Assembly: GCF_006345805.1 (NCBI RefSeq)
Contig: NC_042997.1
Span: forward strand, 26,598,001 to 26,662,000
Length of the DNA: 64,000 nt
Origin: Octopus sinensis
Lineage: Eukaryota
Direction: 5' to 3'
Position numbers and translations under genes: made by a program. Positions 51,466 through 64,000 of this stretch are shown piece after piece. Numbering within the stretch: position 1 is the first letter of the stretch; each line of letters opens with the position of its first letter. The notes under the pieces are model-generated. The model saw only the letters and a list, made by a program, of their open reading frames with translations, was not told where the DNA came from and did no database searches.

Positions 51466-54400
51466 TCAGTTATCTCCGGACACTGAACAATAGCGTGTGG
51501 GACGGTTTCCCTGCCCCCCCCCCGCATCTTGGACAGGTCGGCGACTGACGTTTACCCTGTCTTGCGAGCTTATCCAAACGGGCAAGGCACCTCTGTAGCA
51601 TTGCCAGGTTAAGGACTTTTGGAAGTTGTCCAACGTTCTCAACCCGAATGTACGATGAAACAAGCTGTCCAGTTGAATAAATCCGAGACCTAGAGTCGAC
51701 CCCCAGGCCATCGTCGCATTCAGATTCTACCAACCCACTATATAAAATCCGTGTGGAACCCCCACCGCTGGCGTTGCCCGAGCGCTGGAACAGCAAGAGG
51801 GCCTTACGGCACTCTTTATGCCACTCACTCGACCTCGGTCTACGAGAACACCAGGCTTCCTGTTCGCACAAAAACTCTTGAACTCAGGGAACATTTGTCT
51901 GGCTAGCGGAGACCACACCCGTTCACTATCCAGGAGAATCCAGAGGTGCCTCAACCTCAACGCATGTCTGCGCATCATTAACCAAGGCATCCCTAAACCT
52001 CCTTTTAAAGGCTTTTGACAGCAGACAAGTGGCGATCTGCCCTTCCTCAAAAAGCGAAAGAGCTGTCTCTCCAACCTGATCAACCACGAATCCGGACAGG
52101 GCACGACGGTCAGGCGGTAGGTAATGACCGATGCGATTGGCCACCTCCGCCCTCCCTTTCAGGGATAGCCACCGCCAAGACCAGGTCTTGACTACTGCAG
52201 CCACCCTGCTCAATACCTCCGTCCAGTTCTTCTCTATCTGGAGGCCTGGTCCAAACCAGACTCCCAGCAACTTAACCGGTCCCTCCGTCCAGCGCCCAAC
52301 AACGCTGTCTGAAGGCATCGACTTGCCAACCCAGGTGCCGAGCTGCAAGCCGACCGACTTTTCCCGGTTAATCTTTGCTCCTGCTACCTCCTCGTAAGCC
52401 TCAATAGTCTTACTTACTTCACGTAGGCGTGCTACTGTGGTTACACTGATAGTGATATAATCCGCGAAAGCCGTAACAAACTCCTCTAGTCCTGGTTCTC
52501 TCGGGATGCCACTCAACCTTCGTAGTAATGGCTCGAGAGCCATCACATACAAAAGTGGTGAAAGCGGACATCCTTGACGAACCGAGCGTTTGATGCAGAA
52601 CGGCTTCGAAAGGAGGAAACCGGTCACCCGAACTATCGAGTCAATGTTGTGGTACAAAGCGAAAATAAACCCCTGAGGAAGCCAAGACCCAGGCCAAACC
52701 GCGCAAGTACAGTCGCTAGGTATCGATGGTCAAACCCTATCAAAAGCTTTAGACTGGTCCAAATGCACCAATGCTCCACCTTTGCCAGATTTATTACCAA
52801 CCCTCTCTATGGTATAGCGAATAAGATGGAGTGTATCCTGAATGGTTCTGCCTGGGATGGCACATGTCTGTGCCTCCCCGACTATAACATTCGCGACACG
52901 CGCCAACCTTTTTGCAAGAACCTTGGCCAAAATCTTCACTTCTGCATTTAACAGAGTGATGGGCCTGAAATTCTCTAGAACGTTCCCCTTGTCCGGGTCC
53001 TTTCTGACCAACGTCACTACTCCTCGGCGTACAGATCTGGGGATAAACCCATTCTGTTTCCAGTTCGCGTACACGTCAGTCAGTAGTTGCCCGAACAAGT
53101 CTGGCATACATTTATACAGCTCGTACGGAAGACCATCAAGTCCCGGTGACTTACCCGCTTTACAATCGGTCAAAGCCTCCGTCACCTCCTCAGGTGTGAT
53201 TGGCCCTTCGCAAGACTCCGCATCCGACCCCGAGAGGCACGGCAGCCCGCAAGAAAGTCCTCGAGGGCTCTCCCACCACCAGGACCGCCGTCACCCTCGA
53301 ACAGCTGGGCGAAGTATTCCCGAAAGACCTCACACATTTTCTCGGGTTCGTTTACCAAGACACCATTTTGATTCGTCAAAGACCGAATAGAGGAACTATT
53401 TCCTTGCCGAGCTTCCACCACTCGGGCCCATCCAGCGGCCTTGATTCCTTCACTTCCCATTGCACGTAACTTAGCTCTGGCAAAACTTCCCATGTGGTGG
53501 GCTTCAAGATGCTGGTTTAACTCCAGTCTTTTCACCCTCGCTCGGTCTGTATTACCAGTCCTCCAGGTTTCTTCTAGTTCCTTAACTAGACCATCTCCTA
53601 TTTTACATCCCTTCTTAGCTAAACTTATGCTAAACCTAATACACTCATATTTGATGGCTCTTTTTAGGGCGTACCACCATTTGTTATTAATGATGGTACC
53701 TGTTAATGCCCTCTGTATTAACATCTTGATCCGCTTTCTGTACTCCTCAATCGCCAAAAGGACGTATTGAGTTTCCTGTAGCCAGATCCCTGTCTATGCA
53801 ACTTATCTACCGTCAGTTTACAGGTAACCATCTTGTGGTCACTGTAACTGACTAGAAAAAACTGTGGACACTCAACTATGGGCTTATCTTTTTCTCTAAT
53901 TAAAATACTATCTAGATATGTTCTGGTAGACCCGTCACTATTTGACCATCTCCACTGTGGAGTGTTCGGGTGCTCCAACCTATATGGATCTGCTAGCTGA
54001 AATTGACTTAGCAGATCACGAAAACCTGGGTTACATTTTCTGTTCATGTTCGAGCTCGAGCCAACACAATCTGTGTGTGCTGCACATATTGTATTAGAGT
54101 CTCCTAACACTACTAGTGAATGCGACGTGGCTAGGAACTTTCCCAGGTCACGAAAATATTCAGTTGCGGGTCAATAATGTTTGGTGCGTAAAATAGCGAC
54201 CAGCCTGATTGTCTTGCCACAACTGAATGTCAAGTCGAGAACGACCAGCCTGCCTTTTGGGTCGGAAAAAACCAACTTTTTCTCGGCTACCCGGTTTCTT
54301 TTTAGTAGGACCAACACCCACCCCCACCTCCTGCCCGAATCGGGAGAAACGTATTTCTCGTAGCCGTTCAGGAGGGGGAGCAGATCTCTTGGCCCCTTCA

Positions 54401-54521
54401 CCCGGGTTTCCGTTGCAACAATTACATCCAAATTTCTCGACCTGATGTCATTTAGAAAGTGTCCTTGCTTCCAGCTTGACAACAGGCTACGAACATTTAT
54501 ACAACCAATGTGAATAGACAT
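51466..54521 (-). pseudogene. Tx1 ORF2: APE endonuclease, RT and C-terminal Cys motif (frameshifted)
   Basis: MSIHIGCINVRSL..ATETRV; LGDSN; YLDSILI..SDHKMV; KSPGLDGLPYELY; NFRPITLLNAEVKILAK; LDQSKAFDRV; SVRQGCPLSP; FADYI; CPRCG. Confidence 0.92.
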
Positions 54522-55993
54522 GACTTACCTGTTTAATCAGGATTGTCCTGTGGAGGGGGATCCTCCACCTTTTTTTGATCCAGGGTCGGAGGTGGACGAT
54601 CTTGGGAAATAGATTTGTCAAAACCCGTCTCACCACCGACACAGAATTATCAGGTGGAGGGGAATCTCCACCTTTTCCTTTTCTCGCGGGATCGGGGCTG
54701 GTAATCCATGAAATATCGACTTTGTTAAAATCTAATCTCAATGAAGATACTGTCTTTCTGTATTTGTTTGTAAAATTCTATGAGTTTTATTTGAGACATA
54801 TATGTCATAATTGATAAATTCCTCTGAAAGGTTATCTATTTTTTTTACAGTCTTTATCAGTTGAATGTCTCTCATGAGCTCAGTATCTTTAGTGTATACG
54901 GCTATTATGCCTTTTTCTTCTTTTTCTCTTTGGCAGTCTTTTTTGGTCGTTGTTCTGTAGTAGTCGCCGCTCTCGGCTGAGTTGCTGGTTGTATTTAATT
55001 TTGTTTGTTGTTTTTTTCTCATCTGTTTCTTCTTTTCTTCTTCCTCTTTGTCTTTTTTCTCCTCTTCCTCCTCTTCTTCATTTTCCTTGCAGTTCCTTCG
55101 AATGTGGCCTAATTGACCACATAAAACATCGAGGTTTTGGCCCTCAACAACACCACGAGTTCTCCTCCCCTACCTCAATTGTCTCGGGAATTGCTTGAAT
55201 ATTTTAGGGTCCGCTTGAATGAGAAGATTAATTGTTTGACCATCCCAGCGTGGGTTTCCGTAGCGGTAGCCTGGAGAAGAGTAATTTTTATTCTGGACGT
55301 TCTCATCCCCATACAATAGGGGATGAGCTCCACGTCGTTCGTTTTCAGCGTTTCTACTGAGTTCTTGTGTGCTATTTCTTTATTGGTGAACCTTACTTCT
55401 ACCGTTCCGAATTTCTTGCCTCTTCTCAGATAAACTACGTCGCCCATATTGGCTTTAAGCACTTTTCTATTTTCTCTTCTGACATTCTTTCAATTTTTCT
55501 TTTTTGTAGACAATATGTTTTGAAAATTTTGTTTTTTGCTTTTCTTCTTGTAATAACTTTTGCGGAGGTTCAATTTTCACACCGTTGTCAGTTATTTTCA
55601 TCATTCGGCTGTATTTCATAAAGTCGCTTTTATTCGTCGACAGCAGCCGAGTTCCACCCCCAGCAGCCAACAAAACCTTTTTTCCCATTTTTTGGTTCTG
55701 TCTGAATGCTAGGTACATCAATTATTATTTTCGACACAATGCCTTTGTTCTCTGGCAAAGTCGGAAACTCTTCTGGTGAAAGTTCTGACAAGCTTTCAGA
55801 CAGCTCCAACAAAATCAAATATATTATCTATTCTGCTATTCTTTCTTGTAGCGGGGGGAAACCTTATTTCCCTGTCTGTAGTTGGCTCCTCGCCGGACAT
55901 GTATTTCCTCCTCTCAACAGGAGAAACAAGTATTTTTGCTCCAACAGTAGGCTCCATGCTAGACGACATTCCTCCCAAAGGGGGAATGAACAA
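54487..55993 (-). pseudogene. Tx1 ORF1 (fragmented)
   Basis: Located upstream of ORF2, in fragments 55796-55993, 55630-55818, 55467-55721, 55175-55462 (RRM-like LRRGKKFGTVEVRF), 54738-55022 and 54487-54741. Confidence 0.7.
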
Positions 55994-56322
55994 CGCGTGC
56001 TACTACAAGCACTAAGTGTTTTCAAATGAAAACTCCAACAGTTAAGTTATTCAACAGTTTAACAAGAAACAACAGTTATTAGAAACAGCAGTTATTAACA
56101 ATATTAACACCAAGAAGCAACAATTTTTACCACGAACACATGTGCGGCAGACGAAATACGGCTACGCATTTCGCCCGGTGTGCTAACGTTTCTGCCAGCT
56201 CGCCGCCTTTGATATTTTAAAATATAATTAATACTTCAGAAAATCTTTACTTACGATTGAATGTCTTGGAAATAAAGCGCTGTTCATATTTTTTTTTATA
56301 CATAGATATAAGTATAGTCAAA

Positions 56323-56795
56323 GGCGTAGCTGTGTGGTAAAATGCTTGCTTCCGAATCACTTGGTTTCGGGTTTAGACCTACTGCGTGGTAAAAAGCTTG
56401 CTTCCTAACCAAATGGTTCTGGTTTCAGTCCTACTGCGTGGCACTTTGGGCGAGTGTCTTCTACTACGGTCTCGGGTCGACCAAAGTCTTGTGAGTAGAT
56501 TTGGTGGATGGAAACTGGAAGAAGCTTGCCACACACACACACACACACACACGTTGTATGTGTGTTCGTTTTTGTGTTGGTCCCCACAACCAGTATTGGT
56601 GTATTTACGTCCCCTTAACTAAGTAGTTCAGCAAAACCGACGGATAGAACAAGTACCAGGCTTAACAATAAATATTTAAATAAATAAACTAAAGTAATAA
56701 ATACTGGGGTATTTATTCGGCTAAAATTTCTTCAAGGCGGTGCCCCAGCGTGGCCGCAATCTAATGTCTGAAACAAGTAAAGGATAAAAGATAAG
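56323..56795 (+). mobile_element. SINE family B with duplicated head
   Basis: ggcgtagctgtgtggtaaaatgcttgcttcc...; the head segment repeats at ~56385. Confidence 0.85.
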
Positions 56796-58303
56796 TATGA
56801 TTACTAAAACAAGGAATAGTTTTGTATATATTTCGAAATTTTAAGCTTTAAAAAAGAAAAAAATTGCTTCCAGTGCGTTGCGAAGTTACAATCGATTGAG
56901 AATCTTTGGTTTACATATTTTAAAATTTGAATCTTGGGGAAAGAAGACAATTCAGTCTTCGTAATTAAAGAATAAGAATATGTTTTCTAAAGTTCAACAT
57001 TTTAATATATCGTTGTCTTAATTTCGATGAAGAAACACTCGAACACTTACGATGTTTTCCATATTTCAGCACACACCATCATACAGAACTTTATGTCATT
57101 GGTCTGGTGCAGTTTTAAAATAAATTTAGTACAACCTTTTAAATACAAATATTAAAAGCAATCTTGAGGGGGGGGAATTAGTCGATCAGATCGTCCCCAG
57201 TGTTTGACTTGTGCTTAATATCATCTACCGCAGAGGGGAAAAACAAAGCTGGTCGCGGTGGGATTTGAACTCAGCCGAAGAAGAAATTTGTCTGCCAACT
57301 TCATCACCCTAATATTATATATAAATTTTTAAAATGAAGCCTTCAGAAACTAAAAAAAGAAGGAAAACAGTATGAATCTAGTCTCTCACAGTTCATCAGG
57401 GTATCCTATCGCCTAATAATCACATTGGCTCCACTTTCCAAGCAAACCTGATCATGAAAGAAAAGATCAAAGCCTTTCAATATTGTATTTCTACATTTCC
57501 TTCGAATTGATTTCTATGTCCGACATGGCAACAATTACACAGTCCCAACTGTAGGAAATCAAGATTTAAGGAATTTTTTTCAAGATTTACACGTCAATGT
57601 AAAGCGAGTTTTTGTCGCTATAAATGTTTAGCTAAGAAGCTGACAGCTAACTTAGTTTCTATCGGTAGTGTTTGATAACCAGCAGCTTATTTCGGCAAAC
57701 TTAAATTTCAGTTTAGCAACCCTATTATGTCTCGTTAAAATTCTAAAGAACATGTGTTACTACTCACCATTCTTTTTCTTTTCAAATTACTTTAGGCTGT
57801 CAGCAATTACTGCACATTTGACAATTCTTTTGATGGAAATCTTACAATCGGTGTAAAAAAACAAAGAAAAATATATAAACACTTCTTAAGCTTCATCTCT
57901 TTTCATTTAATTTATTTTCTTCGTCTCTAGTCTCTTATCCTTCAAACGCTTTTTCTTTGTTTGCTATTATATACTATAATGTACCATAACTAATACTGGT
58001 AGCACTCACAAAACCACTGCATTCTATTACTTCACTACTCCTACATCACCCTCACTGCTACTACTACAATTATTAACACATTTTGTGAAGTGTAATGTTA
58101 GTGATAATTTAATAATACCGACGCTGGTGGGATATTACGCAAAACAAACCTTAGATAAATCCAAATGAAGTATTCTAAATCATTAAGAATTCAGTTTCTC
58201 TGTTGTATACTCAGGTGATGGCGGTGGAGGTTTATAATCATCAAAAGGAAAAAAAGTGAAATTATGACGTTCGACCATTCTGGGATTACAATGTCCGCTA
58301 AAC

Positions 58304-59001
58304 CAGTGGTTCTCAAACATTTTTTATCTATGGATCACTTTGATTCTTATTTATTCTAGTGGACCCCCATAGCCAATCGATGTTAAAAACTAGTTATATA
58401 AATACTTTTTTCAAAATTCTCATTTTGTTTTTCAGATATTAACTTGTGTAGGTTGAACTATACAGGCTGATTCAAAAATCGCCATACATACGCACACGAA
58501 AGATTTTTTTTTATAAGAAACGGTTATAAGAACAGTTTTTTTATTTAACAGGCTCTATATGGTTACCATTGTTTTGAATACACATTGCAATACGTTTACC
58601 CAACTCATTGTGAACTCGTAATAGCATATCTGGTGATACTTGTGCAAATAAGTAGGTGATGCGTTCCTTCAAATGATTTATCTTTTTTATCTTTTCGCGA
58701 TACACCATGCCTTTCAAATGCCCACAAAGATAGAAATCAAGGGGCTCAGATCAGGAGATCTAGAGCATCTTATGAACTGTTTCATATAAAAGAATAAATT
58801 TTTCCTATGTATGGAGACTTTTGAATCACCCTGTTTAGAGAAAGAAACCTAGTTGTTTCTTCCTATAAATACATCTAAATTATTTTTTTCATAGACCTTT
58901 AATATACTTCTGTGTGTATCCAGTTTACTATTTTGCTTGCGTGGACCACCAAAATCTTAAAATGAACCCCAATCTTAATCGAGCCCGGTTAAGAACCACT
59001 G
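58304..59001. mobile_element. hAT-type MITE
   Basis: TIRs cagtggttctcaa / ttaagaaccactg and 8-bp TSD cgctaaac / cgctaaat. Confidence 0.85.
58463..58833 (-). mobile_element. Tc1/mariner deletion derivative nested in the hAT MITE
   Basis: TIRs match 16/18. Minus strand encodes RSPDLSPLDFYLCGHLKGMVYREK...RIAMCIQNNGNHIEP. Confidence 0.85.
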
Positions 59002-62000
59002 CGCTAAATAAACCTTTCTTTACACAAAAGTCACCTTTAAATTTGAGATATAGTTTATTGAGTCTGATAATTATCTTATCGTCTTAAGCGCAATTTGAAC
59101 CGCGAACTGCGAGGTACCAATATTAAAATTGTAAATAATCTCTTCGGAATTACTGTCTGCACTCATGCACGGTTGTTTGGTACTGCTGCTGCTGCAGCTA
59201 CATTAACCATGCTCCAGCGTTAAAGCTATTAGGATGGCTTTATTTTCTTCTTCTTCTTCTTCTTCTAATGCTGCTGCTACTGTCATAGCGAAAGTGATTA
59301 CCTGGATTTCGGTTTGTTTCGGAAGGGAGTTTAATATACAGGGAAAAAACATTGAAAGAACAACAATAAAACTAACATTTAAACGAAATCAGAAAAAAAA
59401 ATGTAAGGAAGGAAAATAGAAAAAAAAATTGAAAGAACGTAAGAAATAAAGATGAGAAGAAAAAAACTAAACAAAAGCATAAACGTCAGAAAGAATTCAA
59501 TAATTATGAGGGTCTGTTTAATGTTATGAACAGTAAATGTGATAGGTAGACGGGTGCAAGAGTCGTCTGTCATATCTAAACATCCACAATTCATAGCTAA
59601 AACGACTCAAAACCAACAACGCCGACAGGTGGTAAGAAGTGCTTTCAAGTATTCGCCTGTAGCATGACATGGTAATACAATACAGCCTAAGCCAATTATG
59701 TGTCCATTAAGTTGTACGGTGTGGAATCTTCTGGAGGACTTTTGCTACCTCTTGACAATGGAGCTAAAGTTGCCGTCTAATGCAGCTTAATGACAACAAT
59801 GAACAGAAAATGAGCTTAGTGTGACGTCAACAAGCCGGTGACGTTGCTTCTAGATTAAGTTCGATGTTCCGATTTAAGTAGGGTAAAATAACTCGTCTGC
59901 TAAACGTCAAAATTTCAGCACTTCTTTGCAAGCCAGACAAAGAAGTTATTGTCGGCAAGGTGAAAAGGGTTGTCAACTCTCGCCAAGCGGTTCACTTTCT
60001 CGGCAGATCTCACATTATACATGAATGTCCTGTTCAATGGAGGTCTGCAATTGTGTGTCGTCTGCTCCGACTCAGGTTCCGTAGTTGTTTAATTAATTTG
60101 TATGGGATATCCGACAGACGTCGCTGCTGATTGATCACTCCGGGTGGCCGTCCACTGTAGCTACGTCTGTAGTTAGACATTTAGATCACCATCTGAAACA
60201 TTGCTATCACTTCTAACGGCAGGGATTTTGTCGCCTCAAAGCCTATAACCCAGGTCACTGTTTTATACAATGAAGTTGCCTGTTTTAATTATCGGATGAA
60301 CAAGAGAAAATGCGATGAAAGTGAGAGTAAAGAAGGGAGAAAGGAGAACGGGAGAGGAAAAAATGTGATGAAACAGAGAGAAAAGTGGGATGTAGAGAAA
60401 AGAAAAAAAAGAGAGAGGTGACGATAGAGATAGAAAAAAGAAGATAATAAAGACATTGCTAGCAAGTTAGATAGATAAAAATAAAGGTGATATAGGAAAA
60501 AAAGCTAAGAATGTGCATGAATGACAGAGAAAGAGCAATAGAGAGAGAGAGAGAGGGTCGGAAGGAGAGAAATATGAGAAATGAAAACAGAAGAATGAAA
60601 GAGAAAGGGATCGATATGGTAAAGTTTTCGATAAAATAATCATTTCTAATTCGGGCTCAAAGCCAGTAAATTTGCAATTATATCGATCCAGTGCTTTATT
60701 TTATCAATCTCAGTGGAATGAAAGACAAAACTAACACTGACGGGATTTGAGCTCAAGTCATAAAGAGCCAGAAAAATACCACAACACATTTTGACCGACG
60801 CTTTAACGATTCTCCAATCTACAGCCGTGAGGGATCCTATTTATCTTTTGCATGTAAGGTCGATGTTTAAAGATGATAGCGGCATGTTTTGTGCGAGTAA
60901 TATCCATACGAAATATACAGTGATGATATCATAAGTAAATGAAAAGCGTCATGGAAAACTTTAGACCGAAGACTATATCAAGTTTAGAAGATTTTAAGAC
61001 GAAGGAGATGTACAGTACACGACAGAGTATGTGACAGATTTTTGCCCAAGGAGTTATACGTGTTGTTGAGATAAGAAACGCTAAGTACTTAACCGTCCTC
61101 TTAAACTATGCGGTACTAACAGGAAAAAATCGTTGCAATCAATGGAATCAAAAGCAGCGAGCTGCAAAATCGTTAACACACTTAACAAAGTAGACTAGCA
61201 GCATTTCTTTCAGCTTTATGTTCAGGGCTCAAATTTTGTCAAAGTCGACTTTTCCTTTAACCTTTCGGGGTCGACAAAATAGGTACCAATTGATACAGTG
61301 GTTGCTGTAATCGACTAGCTCATCCCCACCAAATTTCAGACTTTGTCCGACAGTAGAAAGAACGATTAATGGAATCACATTCAGTTAGTTGTGAGTAAAC
61401 TGAAGTTTAGTAGAAAAAAGAATTACAACACAGCAAAGTTCTTTTTGAGAGATAATGGTTTAATTCATGAAAATCGGCGCTCTAGATTTCATTAATAGTT
61501 CATTTGATTAAGGATGATCAGATATTTTTTTCCTTTTATTATTATTGATTGTTTTGTGGGAATAAACAAACAGGTTACGGAAGAGTCATTTATGATGTAA
61601 CTGAAATGGGATTGTGATTGGGAATCGAAATCGATATATCGAGCTCCGCTTGCTGTAAAGTTTGAGAAATTGCTTTTCATATTCATGTATTATAAATTGT
61701 TGAAAGGTAAAATAGATTATCGCATGCTCGTTACTTAATAACCATAAACCAGCTAGGAAAGATAGAAAGTAATAGTTTAGGTTCAGCAGTTTATATTCAG
61801 TCATACTTTGCGTGTTCAATCACACCTTAATGATTACAGCGAAGCAAACACCATGGAAAAGGAGATAAGCTCTAGTTTGGGCCACAGTGCCACAAGATCT
61901 TTATTCCAATTTGAAATCATAGGAATTAAATTTCTGCTATGCCTTAAGCTACAGGGCTTCTTTGCATGGTAAAAACAGAAGAAACAAAATAATATTGCTT

Positions 62001-62216
62001 CAAACCAATTTTTATGACAACATCAAATGGCGAATAGTTTAATTTCCAATGAAAGAAAATCAAAGAATATAAACTTTTCTATACATCTTTTCATTCACCA
62101 TCGCTTAATTATGGTAAACATTTATTTATCTCTCTTCTATCGACACAAGGTCTGAAAATTTCGGGGATCTTTTTCTGTTGCTTCTGAAGAAGGTATTTCT
62201 GCAATCCTATGGTGGA

Positions 62217-62248
<32 letters not shown>

Positions 62249-62280
62249 TACTCTACTACTACTACTACTACTACTTATGA

Positions 62281-62317
<37 letters not shown>

Positions 62318-62321
62318 TTTA

Positions 62322-62530
62322 AGGCGGCGAGCTGGCAGAGAAACGTTAGCACGCCGGGCGAAATGCGTAGCCGTATTCGTCTGCCGTTACATTCTGAGTT
62401 CAAATTCGCCGAGGTTGACTTGCCTTTCATCCTTCGGAGTCGATGAAATAAGTACCAGTTACGCACTGATGTTTATGTAATCGACTAGTGCCCTTCCTCG
62501 CCATTTCAAGCCTTGTGCCTATAGTAGAAA
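62322..62530 (+). mobile_element. SINE family A
   Basis: ggcggcgagctggcagagaaacgttagcacgccgggcgaaatgc...gagttcaaattc (A-box and B-box-like). Confidence 0.9.
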
Positions 62531-62557
62531 TTATTATTATATTATTATTATTATTAT

Positions 62558-62795
62558 TGAGTGAGAGCAGTGCATGCCATCAAAGTGACACTGGGGGGTA
62601 AAATATACGAAGCCCAATATACCCATCATGACTACCCGTCGTGATAAAGGTACACCAGGCACATGCATCACAACCATATGTGCGCGACATGGTGATCTCA
62701 CATCAAGATAAACAGACAATGACCTTGCAGAGTGGGGGCCAGTTAGAATTTCTCAAGGTGAGTAGCCCATCCCGCTCAAAAGGTCCCTGAAATAA
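62558..62795 (-). mobile_element. Probable 3' UTR of a non-LTR element ending in (TAA)n, cut by the gap
   Basis: Unique-looking 240 bp whose minus-strand end runs into (TAA)n, as the R4/Dong copies do. No coding part is visible. Confidence 0.4.
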
Positions 62796-62895
62796 NNNNN
62801 NNNNNNNNNNNNNNNNNNNNNNNNNNNNNNNNNNNNNNNNNNNNNNNNNNNNNNNNNNNNNNNNNNNNNNNNNNNNNNNNNNNNNNNNNNNNNNN
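62796..62895. other. Assembly gap (100 N)
   Basis: Read directly from the sequence. Confidence 1.
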
Positions 62896-62954
62896 TACTC
62901 CGGATACGTGTGGCAATTGTATACACTCACACGCAAATACACCTGTTTACACGT

Positions 62955-63363
62955 ACTCTTTACTCTTTTACTCTTTTACTTGTTTCAGTCATTTGACTGC
63001 GGCCATGCTGGAGCACCGCCTTTAGTCGAGCAACTCGACCCCCGGGACTTATTCTTTTGTAAGCCTAGTACTTATTCTATCAGTCTCTTTTGCCGAACCG
63101 CTAAGAAACGGGGACGTAAACACACCAGCATCAGTTGTCAAGCAATGCTAGGGGGGACAAACACAGACACACAAACATAGACACGCATACATATATATAC
63201 ATATATACGACGGGCTTCTTTCAGTTTCCGTCTACCAAATCCACTCACAAGGCATTGGTCGGCCCAAGGCTATAGTAGAAGACATTTGCCCAAGGTGCCA
63301 CGCAGTGGACTGAACCCGGAACCATGTGGTTGGAAAACAAGCTACTTACCACACAGCCACGCC
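62955..63363 (-). mobile_element. Full-length SINE family B
   Basis: Complete head and body, with tail (aaaagagt)n. Confidence 0.92.
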
Positions 63364-63587
63364 ACGTGTTGATGCTATTGATAGTTTTGTTGATAGTTTA
63401 TTTTAAATGCTGCTATTTAGACCAAAACCTCGAGGAATGTATCTAAGAGTTTCGATACTTCATAGAACTGGTAACAGACAGAACGACAAAAGATCGTTTG
63501 AAAATACGGCCGAACTGTCAACAGATAAGGCATATTAATAAAATGAGATCATAAAATGATGAAAGGCAAATTAAAAAAAAAAAAAAG

Positions 63588-64000
63588 GATGTGTGGTAAG
63601 TAGCTTGCTAACCAACCACATGGTTCCGGGTTCAGTCCCACTGCGTGGCACTTTGGACAAGTGCCTTCTGCTATAGCCCAGGGCCGACCAATGCCTTGTG
63701 AGTGGATTTGGTAGACGGAAACTGAAAGAAGCCTGTCGTATATATAATATAATATATATATAATAATATATATATGCGTGTGTGTGTTTGTGTGTCCGTG
63801 TTGTCCCCCTAGCATTGCTTGACAACCGATGCTGGTGTGTTTACGTCCCCGTCACTTAGCGGTTCGGCAAAAAGAGACCGATAGAATAAGTACTGGGCTT
63901 ACAAAGAATAAGTCCCCGGGGTCGATTTGCTCGACTAAAAGGCGGTGCTCCAGCATGGCCGCAGTCAAATGACTGAAACAAATAAAAGAGTAAAAGAGAG
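63588..64000 (+). mobile_element. Full-length SINE family B
   Basis: Complete head and body, with tail aaaagagtaaaagag. Confidence 0.92.

Larger units (their letters stand above)
50905..56143 (-). mobile_element. Near full-length Tx1/L1-clade LINE
   Basis: 5' UTR with short repeats, decayed ORF1 (~55990-54490) and ORF2 from 54521. TSD gcagcagacgaaatacg (50888-50904) / gcggcagacgaaatacg (56144-56160). Confidence 0.92.
50721..56208 (-). mobile_element. Single SINE family A copy split by the Tx1 LINE (halves 50721-50904 and 56144-56208)
   Basis: The SINE's own TSD is ttgatattttaagttata (50703-50720) / ttgatattttaaaatata (56209-56226), 16/18 identical. Confidence 0.9.

Noticed and set aside
59850-60060. 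Cys-pair peptides (CEICRE..., LCLACKE) suggesting a zinc finger
   Set aside because: There are several in-frame stops in a short span, so the match is compatible with chance.

Overview
This is animal genomic DNA with very dense repeats. The SINE families and repeat landscape look like Octopus/cephalopod (my recognition, not verified by search). I can support no intact host protein-coding gene; most listed ORFs are microsatellite read-throughs or transposon fragments. Contents: two Penelope-like elements (PLEs; ~0.7-3.6 kb and ~38.1-45.8 kb) with GIY-YIG endonuclease, inverted/tandem pseudo-LTRs and minimal hammerhead ribozymes; a decayed CR1/L2-group LINE; three R4/Dong-type LINE copies among (TAA)n tracts; a near full-length Tx1/L1-clade LINE (50905-56143); several Tc1/mariner relics; hAT- and MULE-like MITEs; a non-autonomous Helitron; a probable Crypton relic; a very short solo LTR; many copies of two tRNA-derived SINE families (called A and B here); and a 100-N gap. 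The best lead is an apparent self-targeting SINE/LINE system. The Tx1 LINE is nested inside one family-A SINE, with both sets of TSDs visible. It shares that SINE family's ~35-nt 3' stem-loop tail. It inserted at the same nucleotide of the SINE's tRNA-like head where three other family-A SINEs in this window also inserted.
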